Shown here piece by piece: positions 15,788 through 29,467 of a stretch of DNA of 64,000 bases (positions within the stretch are counted from its first letter, which is position 1; every line of letters begins with the position of its first letter). The position numbers were made by a program, and so were the translations under genes. The DNA is from Octopus sinensis (Eukaryota). The stretch is taken from contig NC_043026.1 of the NCBI RefSeq assembly GCF_006345805.1, positions 9,176,001-9,240,000 on the forward strand, given 5' to 3'. Under the pieces are notes generated by a model. The model worked only from the letters and a program-made list of their open reading frames with translations, ran no database searches and was not told the origin of the DNA.

Positions 15788-16178
15788 TTGTGAAGTATAT
15801 TTGCCACCTAAATGTGGCTAACCCTTAAGGTTGATGCTACTGTAGCTTGTAGCCCCAGGAAGACATCTCCTCCAGCTGGCTATTGACACACTTTCTGTGC
15901 CCTATCAGTATTTGCAAAGGGAAGCTGTCCTTCCCATCTTCAACCTGATGTGATACACACGGATCCGAGTTTCTGGACATTGACCTGTCCAGAAACTCCG
16001 GTCCATGTGTATAATGTCAGACTGGAGAAGGGAAGGATGGCTTCCCTTTGCAAATACTGATAGGGCACAGAAAGTGTTTCCATAGCCAGCTGGAGGAGAT
16101 GTCGTCCTTGGGCTACAAGCTACAGTAGCATCAACCCTTAAAGGTTAGCCACATTTAGGTGGCAAATATACCTCACGG
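15788..16178. mobile_element. ~390-bp near-perfect palindrome (foldback MITE)
   Basis: ~190-bp arms around a 6-nt loop TTGACC (15980-15985); TA follows the right end. Confidence 0.8.
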
Positions 16179-17272
16179 TATATATATATGTATATTTATA
16201 TATATTTTAGTGGGGTAGGTCGACTTCATTGACCCTGCTGCCTCACTGCTACTTTCTTTATCGACCCTGAAAGAATTAAAAGCAATGTCAACTTTGGCAG
16301 AATGTGAACTGAGAGTGCAAAGATGGACGGAATGGCGCTAAGCATCTTGTCCGATTTGCTCACGACTCTCCAAGCTTGCCCCGGCAGAATCGTTAGCACA
16401 CCAGGAGAAATGATTAGCAGTATTTCGTTTGCCTTCACATTCTGAGTTCAAATTCCGTCTACCAAATCCACTCAGAAGGCTTTGGTTGGCCCGAGGCTAT
16501 GGTACAAGACACTTACCCAAGGTGCCATGCAGTGGGATTGAACCCAGAACCACACAGTTGGGAAGCAATCTATACAGATATACACATCTATTCTTTTATT
16601 CTTTTACTTGTTTCAGTCATTTGACTGCGGCCATGCTGGGGCTTCACCTTGAAGCGTTTTTGTCAAACAATTCGACCCCCCCCCCCAGGTAAGTATTCTA
16701 TCAGTTGCTTGCCGAACCGCTAAGTTATGCAGACATCAATACAAACCACCGACTCCTGTTCTCAAGCGCTGATGAGTGGACAAACGCAGACACACACACA
16801 CGTTTATATTTGTATGTGTGTCTGTGTTTGTCCTCTGACCAGCGCTTGATAGCCGATGTTGGTTTGTTTATATCCCCATAACTTAGCAGCTCTGCCTGTA
16901 AACATTCAGTGATGCTCTACATATCGCTAATAGCTTACCGGCTGCTATTTCTAGCAATGATCGTACTTCGTGTACGCCTGCTTTCTATATTTATAATTCT
17001 ACCTTTTATGGTGCTTTATTCTTGCTGAGCAATAAAATTATTTTCAATAATATTTATATTTGTATATATATACACACACGTGTATGCATACCACTTCTAC
17101 ATACACTCATTTATGTGTGTAAGCATATATACATATATGCATTTACGCGTGTAGAATCATACATCTCCCTCTCTCTGTATCTATCAACTCACTGAAAATG
17201 TTCAACACTTGATATTTCCTTTATAGTGAATTCTTGTGTAGTAAATACACACACACGCACACACACACTTTA

Positions 17273-17579
17273 TCGGTCGCATATTGATAGTGTATGTGTT
17301 TTGTTTATCCGCCAGTTTGTTGCGGGATAGCATTCTGTGGAGACTCCCTACATAACGACGGGTGTTAAAGAACACTGAATGCATGGTACCTGGGAACTAC
17401 AATAATGGGGAAATATCGATATCTACCATTCTAGCTCATGTAGGGGACAGTTCTCTGTCCTGCTCGGAGACATTCAGTGTTCTTTAACACTCGGGGTCGC
17501 GTAGGGAGATTTCCCTCAATGCTATTCCGTGATAAATGTGTGTATAAAGATAATATATACACTATGCATGTACAGCCGA
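17273..17579. mobile_element. Diverged MITE with ~110-bp inverted arms
   Basis: GGGTGTTAAAGAACACTGAATG (17360-17381) vs CATTCAGTGTTCTTTAACACTC (17471-17492); pairing extends outward with mismatches. Confidence 0.6.
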
Positions 17580-17699
17580 GACTGTTTGTATATACAAGTA
17601 CCTGGATGTCTGGGTTATATTTGACGATCTGCTATGTCTTGTTTCTTAAGGAACCACTTGATATGTTGGCGAACAGTGAAAGGTATCGTTGAGAAAAAC

Positions 17700-18679
17700 A
17701 AAGTTAGCTGAGATGGAGGTGTGGCAGGCATCTGCATATTAGAAACAAGTTACCTGTATCATGATGATCCAACCCAGGTACCCAAATGCCAACATCCTGA
17801 CTGGTGCTCAACGCTTTGTGAACATTTTTAAGGCTGTAACACGTGACATGGAGAACTGCAATGGAGACTATGACACCATGGCCAGAAGGAAAGGGTACAT
17901 CAGTGGTCCTGACTGGATCTGAATGCCAAGGTTCATCCCACAACGGCAAGGGAAGGGGATGTAAGACCCAAACAAAGGAATGTGGGCTTTGGTGAGCGAG
18001 GTGGGTGTCAGAGTTGCCACTGTGAAGCTGATCCTGAAGAAGGACCTGTGCTACCACTACACGACTGGTAGCAAAGGACAAATTCTGATAGCCAATTCAA
18101 GGAGGACCTCCTGACCAAGGCCAAAAGATCTCCTGAACAAGGTAAGGCATCCCGTTGAACCAAGAATTGTCTGGTTATTCACAGTCGTAAGAAAACAAAT
18201 CCACGTGATGTGCTGTGTATCATGAAAAACAAAGTTGCCCAAAACAGTGATTGTCTTTGAGGGTATCTTGAGTGAGGGTGACATCGTGCTACCCCTCAGG
18301 GCTTTTGGGTCAATTCAAACGGTTATGTGGAGACTCTGTTGAAACCCTGGCTGGAGAAATTTCTGCTGGAATGCCATATGTGTGGAAGCAGGATTACTAT
18401 GTCCCCATACTTCCAGAAATAATCAAAAGTGGTTGTCGGAGAATTTATTTAACTTCACCAGCCCCCATTTCTTAATTTCTAAACCCCCTGATAGCAAATC
18501 CATGGATTATTATTGTGCAGTGCAGTTAGGAAAGACACGAACCGCTCTCTCTGCAACACAAAGTCTGAGCTGATGGCCAAGATGAAGAAGGCATTCGAAG
18601 ATCATCTGAGAAACTCAACGAGGAACACAAGGGCTAGGTTCCAGAGACGCCTTGAGGCCCTGGTGGCTACTTTGATTAA

Positions 18680-18680
<1 letters not shown>
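17700..18680 (+). mobile_element. Decayed Tc1/mariner-superfamily transposase (DD37D/maT-like)
   Basis: Frame-split peptides YVWKQD, HTSRNNQKWLSEN, PPDSKSMDYY, KSELMAKMKKAF, RFQRRLEALV match the QQD-APxH / WPPNSPDLNPxDY / RLEAVV pattern. Confidence 0.7.
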
Positions 18681-18715
<35 letters not shown>

Positions 18716-19439
18716 TCTACGTTGCTTTTTCATATGCTAGTCTGTGGCCATGCTGGGGCACTGCCTTCATTAATTTAAATAATCAAATTGACTGCAGTAT
18801 TATTATTATTTCCTTATTTGGACTGAAAGTCTGACAGTTTATTCTATTGCCCTGGTTCGCCAAACTGCAAGGTTACATGGACGTAAACAAACCAACACCT
18901 GCTTCCAAATAGTGCAAAGGAACAGACAAAAACTCATCAGCCTTCTTTTTAGTTTCCAACAAAGAAATCCCTCTTGAGGATTTGGTTGGATTGGGGCTAT
19001 AGTAGAAGACAATTATTCTATTGCTCTGGTTCGCCAAACTGCAAGGTTACATGGACGTAAACAAACAAACACCTGCTTCCAAATAGTGCAAAGGAACAGA
19101 CAAAAACTCATCAGCCTTCTTTTTAGCTTCCAACAAAGAAATCCCTTCTTGAGGATTTGGTTTGATTGGGGGCTATAGTAGAAGACACTTCCCCAAGGTG
19201 CCACTTCGTGGGACTGAACCCAGCAACGTGCGGTTGGGAAATAAGCTTCTTACCAAGTAGCCATTACTGGAAGCAGCCCAACACTGATTGGGATTCATGA
19301 TCAAAAGCATTCCATCCATGACCGTCCCAAAATTTTACATCTATTTTGAACTGCACTATCTAAGGGGTCTTATGATATAAGACAAGGGTGTGATTAACGG
19401 CAAAATTGGCTGCTATTTCTTGTCTGTTGATTTACCACG

Positions 19440-19941
19440 TACCACAAGAAAACCATCCGAACGTGGCCGTAGCCAGTACCCCCGCATGGACTGGCCTCCG
19501 TGCTGTGGGCACGTAACAAACACCATCCGATCGTGGCCGTTTGCCAGCCTCGTCTGGCACCTGTGTCGGTGGCACATAAAAAACACCATCCGAGCGTGGC
19601 CGTTTGCCAGCCTCGTCTGGCACCTGTGTCGGTGGCACATAAAAAACACCATCTCCGAGCGTGGCCGTTTGCCAGCCTCGTCTGGCACCTGTGTCGGTGG
19701 CACATAAAAAAACACCATCCGAGCGTGGCCGTTTGCGCCTCGTCTGCACCTGTGTCGGTGGCACATGGTCACCCACTACACTCTCGGAGTGGTTGGCGTT
19801 AGGAAGGGCATCCAGCTGTAGAAACACTGCCAGATCTGACTGGACTGGTGCAGCTTTCGGGCTCCCCAGACCCCAGTTGAACCGTCCAACCCATGCTAGC
19901 ATGGAAAGCGGACGTTAAATGATGATGATGATGATGATGAT
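19440..19941 (+). mobile_element. (GAT)n-tailed retroposon with ~62-bp internal tandem repeats
   Basis: 4-5 units of CACCATCCGAGCGTGGCCGTTTGCCAGCCTCGTCTGGCACCTGTG, then the shared 3' tail. Confidence 0.7.
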
Positions 19942-20384
19942 AGCCCCTCATTAGCTGAGAGTGTATGTTCTGTTTTGCTGATAAGAGAAGACTTTGGTCA
20001 ACATTGTTAATCTAATCTGCTAAAAACAACAAAGAGAGAAGAGCAGTTTATCAGGAGATTATGTCATGCGTTGGTAACATTGCTCATGTGTTGCAAGGTT
20101 GCTTAGTGATTGAGTTGGCGAGGGTGGGCATGGATGGCCCCATTGTCACTGCTTAACACAGGACATAATGGGAACAAAGTCATTCCAAAGAACATATTTC
20201 AATATCTGAAGTGGTATTTAAAGTGGTGTGTGTCATATGGAGAGGTGTCTGATAAACAAGTACAAGAAAACTGTGTGTATGTATGTTGTATCCATGTGAA
20301 TGCATATATGTGGGTATATATGTGTATGTATAGATAGATATATATGTGCATGTGTGTGTGTGTGTATATATATACACACACACA

Positions 20385-20760
20385 GAACGCAAAGATGGAC
20401 GGAATGGCGCTAAGCATCTTGTCCGATTTGCTCACGACTCTCCAAGCTTGCCACGGCAGAATCGCTAGCACACCGGGAGAAATGATTAGCAGTATTTCGT
20501 TCACCTTCACATTCTGAGTTCAAATTCCGTCTACCAAATCCACTCAGAAGGCTTTGGTTGGCCCGAGGCTATGGTACAAGACACTTACCCAAGGTGCCAT
20601 GCAGTGGGATTGAACCCAGAACCACACAGTTGGGAAGCAATCTATACAGATATACACATGTATTCTTTTATTCTTTTATTCTTTTACTTGTTTCAGTCAT
20701 TTGACTGGGGCTATGCTGGGGCTTCACCTTGAAGCGTTTTTGTCAAACAATTTGCACACA
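20385..20760. repeat. Direct duplicate of 16315-16690 (composite SINE fragments)
   Basis: Near-identical ~370-bp block ~4.07 kb apart. Confidence 0.8.
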
Positions 20761-20929
20761 CACCCCACCCCCCCTCCACCCCACCCTCACCCTGGGTACT
20801 TCACCAAAGCAGTGGCAGAAGCAAGTGAAGTCCTGGGGCTGAGGAGAGAGAAGAGGAGGAGGAGGAGGAGGAACGTCAGCTCTGCAGACCCAAAAGTGTG
20901 TCCCTTGATCCCTTATCTGGTGGTCATTC

Positions 20930-21725
20930 TGGAAACTAGGGATAGATGAATTGTTGGTGAGAGCTGTACAAGCCATGTACAGCGATGCTGTCAGTAAGGT
21001 GAGGGTTGGCAATGAGTATAGTGAAGAATTCCAGGTGGATGTAGGGGTTCACCCTCAACCCCCTTTTGTTCATCATAGCCCTCCAGGCAATAACAGAGAC
21101 ATTCAAGACAGGATGACCCTGGGAGCTCCTCTATGCTGGTGACCTTGCTCTAATAGCTGAGTCACTGTGAGAACTAGAGAAGTTTCAAGTGTAAAAGCAA
21201 GGTCTAGAATCGAAGGGCCTTAGAGTCAACCTAGCAAAAATCTTAGTAAGTGGGAAGGCAGACAAACCACAAAATCTCTTCAGGTAGATGGCCCTGCTCG
21301 ATCTGTAGGAAAGGCATAGGTAGAAACTCCATACGATGTACCTGGTGTAAGCTATGGACACATAAGAGGTGCAACAATATCAAAGGTATGTTAATAGGGA
21401 AGATAAATTTTGTGTCACAGATGCACAGAGACAATAAACACTGAAGATGTACAGAAAACAGATACCATCACATGCCAGGGAGAAAAACTAGAAATAGTTG
21501 ATAGTTTCCGTTACCTAGGTGACCAAGGGAATAGCAGGGGGCGGGGATGCTCTGAGCGCATAGCTGCTAGGATAAGAATAACTCCTACCCCTGCTGGTAA
21601 AAAAGGGTCTCTCACTCAGAGTGAAAGGTAGACTGTATGACGCATGTGTGTGAACAGCTATGTTACATGTCAGTGAAACATGGGCTGTGACTGCTGAAGA
21701 CATGCTCAGGCTTCAAAGAAATGAA
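20930..21725 (+). mobile_element. RTE-clade LINE ORF2 fragment (reverse transcriptase with Cys-rich insert), degenerate
   Basis: LVRAVQAMY..KVRVGNEYSEEF..GVH, PWELLYAGD (degenerate YADD), WPCSICRKGIGRNSIRC..WTHKRC, VDSFRYLGD. Confidence 0.85.
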
Positions 21726-21865
21726 ATTATTAGGTTGTCACCCATGAAATGTTGTATTTGAAAGGTAATAATAAAATGTTTCAGAAGTGTCAGAGAACTG
21801 ATTTATTTAATCAAAGTATGATCCATTTTCATTTGTGATGTTTACCCAACGTTTCTCTGTCATAT

Positions 21866-22610
21866 GGATGGAAGCACTCCGTCGGTTACGACGACAAGGG
21901 TTCCGGTTGATCCGAATCAACGGAACAGCCTGCTCGTGAAATTAACGTGTAAGTGGCTTAGCACTCCACAGACACGTGTACCCTTAACGTAGTTCTCGGG
22001 GATATTCAGCATGACACAGAGAGTGACAAGGCCGGCCCCTTGAAATGGATGGAAGCACTCCGTTGGTTACGACGACGACGAGGGTTCCGGTTGATCCGAA
22101 TCAACGGAACAGCCTGCTCGTGAAATTAACGTGTAAGTGGCTGAGCACTCCACAGACACGTGTACCCTTAACGTAGTTCTCGGGGATATTCAGCATGACA
22201 CAGAGAGTGACAAGGCCGGCCCCTTGAAATGGATGGAAGCACTCCGTCGGTTACGACGACGACGAGGGTTCCGGTTGATCCGAATCAACGGAACAGCCTG
22301 CTCGTGAAATTAACGTGTAAGTGGCTGAGCACTCCACAGACACGTGTACCCTTAATGTAGTTCTCGGGGATATTCAGCGTGACACAGAGAGTGACAAGGC
22401 CGGCCCTTTGAAATACAGGTACAACAGAAACAGGAAGTAAGAGTGAGAGAAAGTTGTGGTGAAAGAGTACAGCAGGGATCACTACCATCCCCTGCCGGAG
22501 CCTCATGGAGCTTTAGATGTTTTCGCTGAATAAACACTCACAACGCCCGGTCTGGGAATCGAAACCGCGAGTCCGCTGCCCTAACCACTGGGCTATTGCA
22601 CCTCCACCTA
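21866..22610 (-). mobile_element. SINE family 3 with triplicated ~180-bp 3' part
   Basis: Three copies of GGATGGAAGCACTCCG.. at 21866, ~22046, 22231; TGTCATAT flanks both ends. Confidence 0.8.
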
Positions 22611-22996
22611 TGTCATATATTCCATCTTTAAAAAAAAAAAAAATTTCTTCTTTTGCTGTGATAAACTGTCCGAATGCTTCAATTACCTCTTCTCTATTTA
22701 AGAATGTTTTATTGCTTATGAAAAGCTCAAAATGCTTAAAGAAGTGATGCTCCGTAGGAGAGATATCAGGGCAATAGGAACTGTGCAGCGGTTTTTAAGG
22801 CATCTTTCCATGCCAGCATGGAAAGCGGATGTTGATGATATACACATACATACATGCATATATATATACATACACATACATACACACATATACACATACA
22901 TACATGAATAGGCTTTCGATACAACAGCTGCCCCCACAAAGCAAATTAAATAAAATTTGGGATTTTTCAGAGGGTCAAAATTAGTAAGAAAAACAG

Positions 22997-23395
22997 GACT
23001 CTTTTACTCGTTTTAGTCATTTGACTGTGGCCATGCTGGAGCACCGCCTTTAATCGAGCAACTCAACCCTGGGACTTATTCTTTTGTAAGCCCAGTACTT
23101 ATTCTATCGGTCTCTTTTGCCGAACCGCTAAGTAACGGGGACATAAACACACCAGCATCGGTTGTCAAGTAATGTTAGGGGGACAAACACACATACACAA
23201 ACATATACACACACATACATATATACATATATATGACAGGCTTCTTTCAGTTTCCGTCTACCAAATCCACTCACAAGGCATTGGTCGGCCCGAGGCTATA
23301 GTAGAAGACACTTGCCCAAGATGCCACGTAATGGGACTGAACCCAGAACCATGTGGTTGGTTGGTTGGTAAACAAGCTAATTACCACACAGCCAC
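22997..23395 (-). mobile_element. SINE family 1
   Basis: Near full-length match to 6931-7336. Confidence 0.8.
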
Positions 23396-23734
23396 TAAAT
23401 AAAAAAAAGGAAGGGCTGCTAAGCCTAAACAAGGTTGTGGTGGCAAACGCATAAATCAAGTTTGGACAGGAGACAAAATCCCTAATTTTATTAAATTTGC
23501 TTTAATAAAATTTGCGGGAGCAACTGTTTCGTCGAAAGCGGATCTTGTTGTGAAATGCTCGAAATATGAGAGTAGAAAAAACAGCCAACGACTGATGAAG
23601 GGTCGTTCTTTTGTGTTGCTTGTCTTGTTTTCCATTTGTGTCTTTTCGCTGTTTGAAAAAATACTTTGTATTCCATGTACTCGTACTTCCTGTTTTTTTT
23701 TTAACGTTTCATGATGTCCAGTGCTTCACATATG

Positions 23735-24275
23735 CATCATCATCATCATCATCATCGTCACCATCATCATAATAATAATCATCGTCACCATCATTATCAT
23801 TGTCATCATCATCGTCACCATCATTATCGTCACCATCATCACCATCATCATCATCATCATCGTCACCATCATCACCATCATTATCAGTCATCATCATCGT
23901 CACCATCATTATCATCGTCATCATCATCGTCACCATCATTATCATCGTCATCATCATCGTCACCATCATTATCGTCACCATCATCACCATCATCATCATC
24001 ATCATCGTCACCATCATCACCATCATTATCAGTCATCATCATCGTCACCATCATTATCAGTCATCATCATCGTCACCATCATTATCATCGTCATCATCAT
24101 CGTCACCATCATCATAATAATAATCATCGTCACCATCATTATCATTGTCATCATCATCGTCACCATCATCATAATAATAATCATCGTTACTATCACTATC
24201 ATCGTCATCATCATCACCATCGTTATCATCATCATCTTTGTCATCATCATCATCATCATCATAATCATCATCATC
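23735..24275. repeat. Compound (CAT/CAC/CGT)n trinucleotide repeat, the expanded tail of a minus-strand retroposon extending to ~24660
   Basis: Direct reading; continues into CGTTTAACGTCCATTTTCCATGC, the reverse complement of the shared tail. Confidence 0.9.
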
Positions 24276-24710
24276 GTTTAACGTCCATTTTCCATGCTGT
24301 CATGGGTTGGACGGTTCAACTGGGGTCTGGGAAGCCAGAAGGCTGCACCAGGCTCCAGTTTGATCTGGCAGTGTTTATACAAATGGATACCCTTCCTAAC
24401 GCTAACCACTCCGTGAGTGTACTAGGTGCTTTTTACGTCCCACAGGCACAGGTGCCGGACGAGGCTGGCAAAAAGGCCATGATCGGATGGTGCATTTTAC
24501 ATGCCACCGGCACGGGGGCCAGGCGATGCTGGCAACGGCCACGAACGGATGGTGCTTTTTACGTGTCACCGGCATGGAGGCCAGTCGGGGCGGTGCTGGC
24601 AACGGCCACGTTCGGAATGGTTCTCTTACGTGCCATCGGCACTGGTATCTCAGCTACAATTTCCATTGATGTTGATCGATTTTCATTTTCATTTTCACTA
24701 TATATATATA

Positions 24711-25097
24711 GGCGCAGGAGTGGCTGTGTGGTAAGTAGCTTGCTTATAAACCACATGGTTCCGGGTTCAGTCCCACTACGTGGCATCTTGGGAAAGTGTC
24801 TTCTGCTATAGCCCTGGGCCAACCAATTCCTTGTGAGTGGATTTAGTAGACGGAAACTGAAAGAAGCCTGTCGTATATATGTATGTGTGTGTATGTTTGT
24901 GTCTGTGTTTGTCTCCCTAGCATTGCTTGACAACCGATGCTGGTGTGTTTACGTCCCCGTAACTTGGCGGTTCGGCAAAAAGAGACCGATAGAATAAGTA
25001 CTGGGCTTACAAAAGAATAATTCCCTGGGTCGATTTGCTCGGCTAAAGGCGGTGCTCCAGCATGGCCAGTCAAATGACTGAAACAAGTAAAAGAGTA
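24711..25097 (+). mobile_element. SINE family 1, full length
   Basis: GGCGCAGGAGTGGCTGTGTGGTAAG ... AAACAAGTAAAAGAGTA. Confidence 0.85.
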
Positions 25098-25486
25098 TAG
25101 ATGTAAGTATGTACATATATGTATGTATATATGCATATATATATCTATATATATATTATTTATATGATACACACATATACATTAACCTCAACCAGTCGCT
25201 CTTAATAATCTTGAATCATCTAACAATGGCCAGTGTTTCGTGTATGTTTGTGTCGGTATCTTTTATTTTGTACTTGTTTCAGTCATTTGGCTGTGGCCAT
25301 GCTGGGGCACCACCTTGAAGAACTTTTAGTTGAATGAATCAACCCCTGAACTTAGGTTTCTGTGAAGCCTGGTACTTATTCCATCAGTCTCTTTGCTGAA
25401 CTGCTAGGTTACAGTGACATAAACCCATCAGCATTCGTTGTCAAGCGATAGTAGGGGTCAAAACACAGACACACACACAAATATAT

Positions 25487-25519
<33 letters not shown>

Positions 25520-25520
<1 letters not shown>

Positions 25521-25943
25521 GACACGTAAAAGCACCCTCCGTTCGTGGCCGTTTGCCAGCTCTGTCTGGCCCCCGTGTCGGTGGCACGTAAAAGCACCAT
25601 CCGTTCGTGGCTGTTTGCCAGCTCTGTCTGGCCCCCGTGTCGGTGGTACGTAAAAGCACCATCCGTTCGTGTCCGTTGCCAGCCTCGCCTGGGCCCCGTG
25701 CTGGTGACACGTAAAAGCACCATCCGTTCATGGCCGTTTGCCAGCTCTGTCTGGCACTTGTGCAGGTGGCATGTAAAAAGCACCCACTACACTCACGGAG
25801 TGGTTCGCGTTAGGAAGGGCATCCAGCCGTAGAAACACTGCCAGATCTGACTGGGCCTGATGAAGCCTTCCAGCTTCACAGACCCCAGCTGAACCGTCCA
25901 ACCCATGCTAGCATGGAAAGCGGAAGCTAAATGATGATGATGA
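25520..25943 (+). mobile_element. (GAT)n-tailed retroposon with 62-bp tandem repeats, inside a family-1 SINE
   Basis: Four repeat units plus tail; SINE halves at 25260-25500 and 25965-26120. Confidence 0.7.
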
Positions 25944-26179
25944 TATATATACACGCACACACACAGATGAGCTTCTTTCAGTTTCTGCGTTCCAAATCCA
26001 CTCACCACGCTTTGGTCGACCCAAGGCTATAGTAGAAGACACTTGCCCAAGCTGCCATGCAGTGGGATTGAACCCAGATCCATGCAGTGGGGAAGCAAGC
26101 TTCTTACCACACAGCCACACCTTTCATAACAAAATTCATGCAAAACAAATTCAAAATCTGGAAGAAATTGCTTTCATTA

Positions 26180-27095
26180 AAAAAAGTATCCCACAGGTAA
26201 GTTACCTGAGATGTGGTGACATAAACTATAGAGTTGGGAGGTTGTTATCACACACTGCTCTACTTCCTCTCCTGTGCGAATACATTTATAGTTAAAGAGT
26301 GCCCCTTTTCTTTCTTTGGCCTAAAAGGAGCTTTGACAATTACAGCAATTCCCTGATGAGTAGCTTGGTTATTGCCATGGAGAAAGCCCACAACACTATC
26401 ACCAATTTAGGAGGAGCTCAAAATGCTTATTGTTCTTATGAATTGTCACATTGATAGTCATACATCTATATGAATAGATACACATTTAGTTAACACCAGA
26501 AGTACCGAGCGGTCATTTATCACCAATTCTGCTTATTACATTTTAATTTCTACAACTGTATTGAATGTGCTATCATGAACATCATATCAAGTATATGTGC
26601 ATAGATATATATTTTTATGGAGAAAGCCCACAACACTACCATTTTAGGAGGAGCTCATGTTTTTAAAAAGCATATCGCACAGGTAAGTTATTTTACAAAC
26701 TATAGAGGTGGGAAGTTGTTACCACACACAGTTCTTTCTCCATTCCTGTGTGAATATACAGTTGTAGAAAGTGTCCCTTATTTATTTACTTTTTTGTCAT
26801 AGAAGGAACTTCCACAATTACATCAATTCCCTGATGAGTAGCTTGGTTACTGCCATGGAGAAAGCCCAGAACACTATCACCAATTTAGGAGGAGCTCAAA
26901 ATGCTTATTGTTCTTATGAATTGTCACATTGATAGTCACACATCTATATGAATAGATACACATTTAGTGAACACTACAAATGCCGAGGGGTCATTTATCA
27001 CCAATTCTGCTTATTACTTTTTAATTTCTACAACTGTATTGAATGGTGCAATCATGAGCATCATTTCATGTGTATAGATATATAATTTTTGCATG
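26180..27095 (-). repeat. ~480-bp tandem duplication in the ZNF-D 3' flank
   Basis: CAATTCCCTGATGAGTAGCTTGG at ~26346 and ~26824; homologous to 2480-2940. Confidence 0.75.
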
Positions 27096-27419
27096 CAAAT
27101 AAATGCTAAAAGAATGCATTTTCAAATCCTTTATTCACTGCATTTGTTTATATTTAAAATAAATTCTATTACATAAAAATTTTCATTGGCAATCAAAAAT
27201 GATTGCCATGGTCCTTGCACTAAGAAATATTGGTATTTCCTGTGTTAATCTTTTAGAATTTAAATCAGCCATATCCGGCCCAAATTCTCTACTTATTTTT
27301 TAATCAAACTAGCCAGACTTGGCCTCTTATGCCTACCCGACAATGTCATTCTAAAAATAAACACTCCATTCAAATTTGAAAGCTGTCAGATAATGCCCGA
27401 CGAATTCAAAATAATGTGA

Positions 27420-28006
<587 letters not shown>

Positions 28007-28921
28007 TCAGTCATATGGCTTCTCTCCTATATGGAAACGTTTGTGAGTAGCTAAGCTGTCACTTTGGCAGAATGATTTACCACAGACATCACAGTGACAA
28101 GGCTTCTCCCCAGTATGAATACGTTTGTGTACAGTCAAGTTATAATTTCGAGAAAATGATTTACCACAGATGTCACAGTCAAATGGTTTCTGCCCTGTAT
28201 GAATGCATTTGTGTTTAGTTAGGGTAATACTTTTAGAGAAAGACTTGCCACAGATGTTGCAGTGATATGGCTTCTCCCCTGTATGAACACGTATGTGAGT
28301 AGTTAAAACACTACTTTGAGAGAATGATTTACCACAGATGTTACAGTGAAATGGCTTCTCTCCTGTATGAACGCGTATGTGAGTAGTTAAGATACTTTGG
28401 TCAGAGAATGATGTACCACAGACATCACAGTGATAAGGCTTCTCTCCTGTATGAAGACGTTTGTGTGAAGTCAAGCTACCTTTCTGAAAGAATGATTTAC
28501 CACAAATGTCACAGTGAAATGGCTTCTCTCCTGTATGAACACACTTGTGATAATTTAAGGCACTTCGGTTGGAGAATGACATACTACAGACATCACAGGG
28601 ATATGGCTTCTCCCCTGTATGCAGACGTTTGTGTCTAGTCAAGTTATGTTTTTGAAAGAATGATTTACCACAGATGTCACAGTGAAATGGCTTCTCCACT
28701 GTATGAATACGCTTGTGTTTAGTTACATGAAGTTTTTGAGAGAATGATTTACCACAGATGTCACAGTGAAATGGTTTCTCTACTGTATGAATAAGTTTGT
28801 GCTTATTTAAGTAAGCCTTTTGAGAGAAGGACTTTTTACACACATCACAGTCATGTGACAATTTTTGTTTCCCTTTTTCTTCTGGAAAAATCAGTTCCTT
28901 TAATTTCCCACTCTTTTCCAT
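28007..28921 (-). CDS. ZNF-D: C2H2 protein, 10 intact fingers (304 aa)
   Basis: Uninterrupted [19 protein letters not shown].. with canonical linkers. Confidence 0.92.
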   Translation of the reverse strand: MEKSGKLKELIFPEEKGKQKLSHDCDVCKKSFSQKAYLNKHKLIHTVEKPFHCDICGKSFSQKLHVTKHKRIHTVEKPFHCDICGKSFFQKHNLTRHKRLHTGEKPYPCDVCSMSFSNRSALNYHKCVHTGEKPFHCDICGKSFFQKGSLTSHKRLHTGEKPYHCDVCGTSFSDQSILTTHIRVHTGEKPFHCNICGKSFSQSSVLTTHIRVHTGEKPYHCNICGKSFSKSITLTKHKCIHTGQKPFDCDICGKSFSRNYNLTVHKRIHTGEKPCHCDVCGKSFCQSDSLATHKRFHIGEKPYD

Positions 28922-28939
28922 TATTTTTCTTCGAAAATC

Positions 28940-28985
<46 letters not shown>

Positions 28986-29247
28986 CTTCTTTTCTGCTTC
29001 TAGAGTTTTTTTTGTTTTTTTTTACAAATATTTCATTTACTGTATTTCAGTCCATTGTTACTTTTGTCTCAAAACTCTTTAGTGAATTTATCCAAGAGAC
29101 ACATCTTGTAGACACTCTGGCCAGTGATGTCCAGAAGGTTTACTAATAACACATTTCAGAGTAAATATATCAGAGGAATTCTGCCATAGATTTATAGAAA
29201 CAATCTTATATATCTGTTCTGTACAATATTTTCATTTTGGTCTTTAA

Positions 29248-29467
29248 CCCTTTAGCATTCAAACCGGCCATATCCGGCCAAAATATTTAACCTGTTTTAT
29301 ATTGAAACTGACCAGATCTCGCCTCTCACCCCAGCCCTACCATGTCATTCTAAAACTAAAAAATCACATCACTGAAATCTCTAAACTACAAGATAATCCA
29401 GGATTAATTCAAACCATTTTAGATAAATAAACATCACATTTGACAGAATAATCTGAACACTAAAGGG
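29248..29467. mobile_element. piggyBac-type MITE inserted in the ZNF-D 5' UTR
   Basis: TTAA-CCCTTTAG...CTAAAGGG-TTAA; empty site GGTCTTTAAAAGATG in paralog E (~40400). Confidence 0.85.

Noticed and set aside
23530-23620. Hammerhead ribozyme in a possible Penelope-like fragment (CTGATGA at 23592)
   Set aside because: No correctly placed stem II-GAAA-stem III after the core; an Infernal search would be needed
23709-24811. 366-aa His-rich and other low-complexity ORFs
   Set aside because: Translation of a (CAT)n microsatellite plus retroposon/SINE sequence
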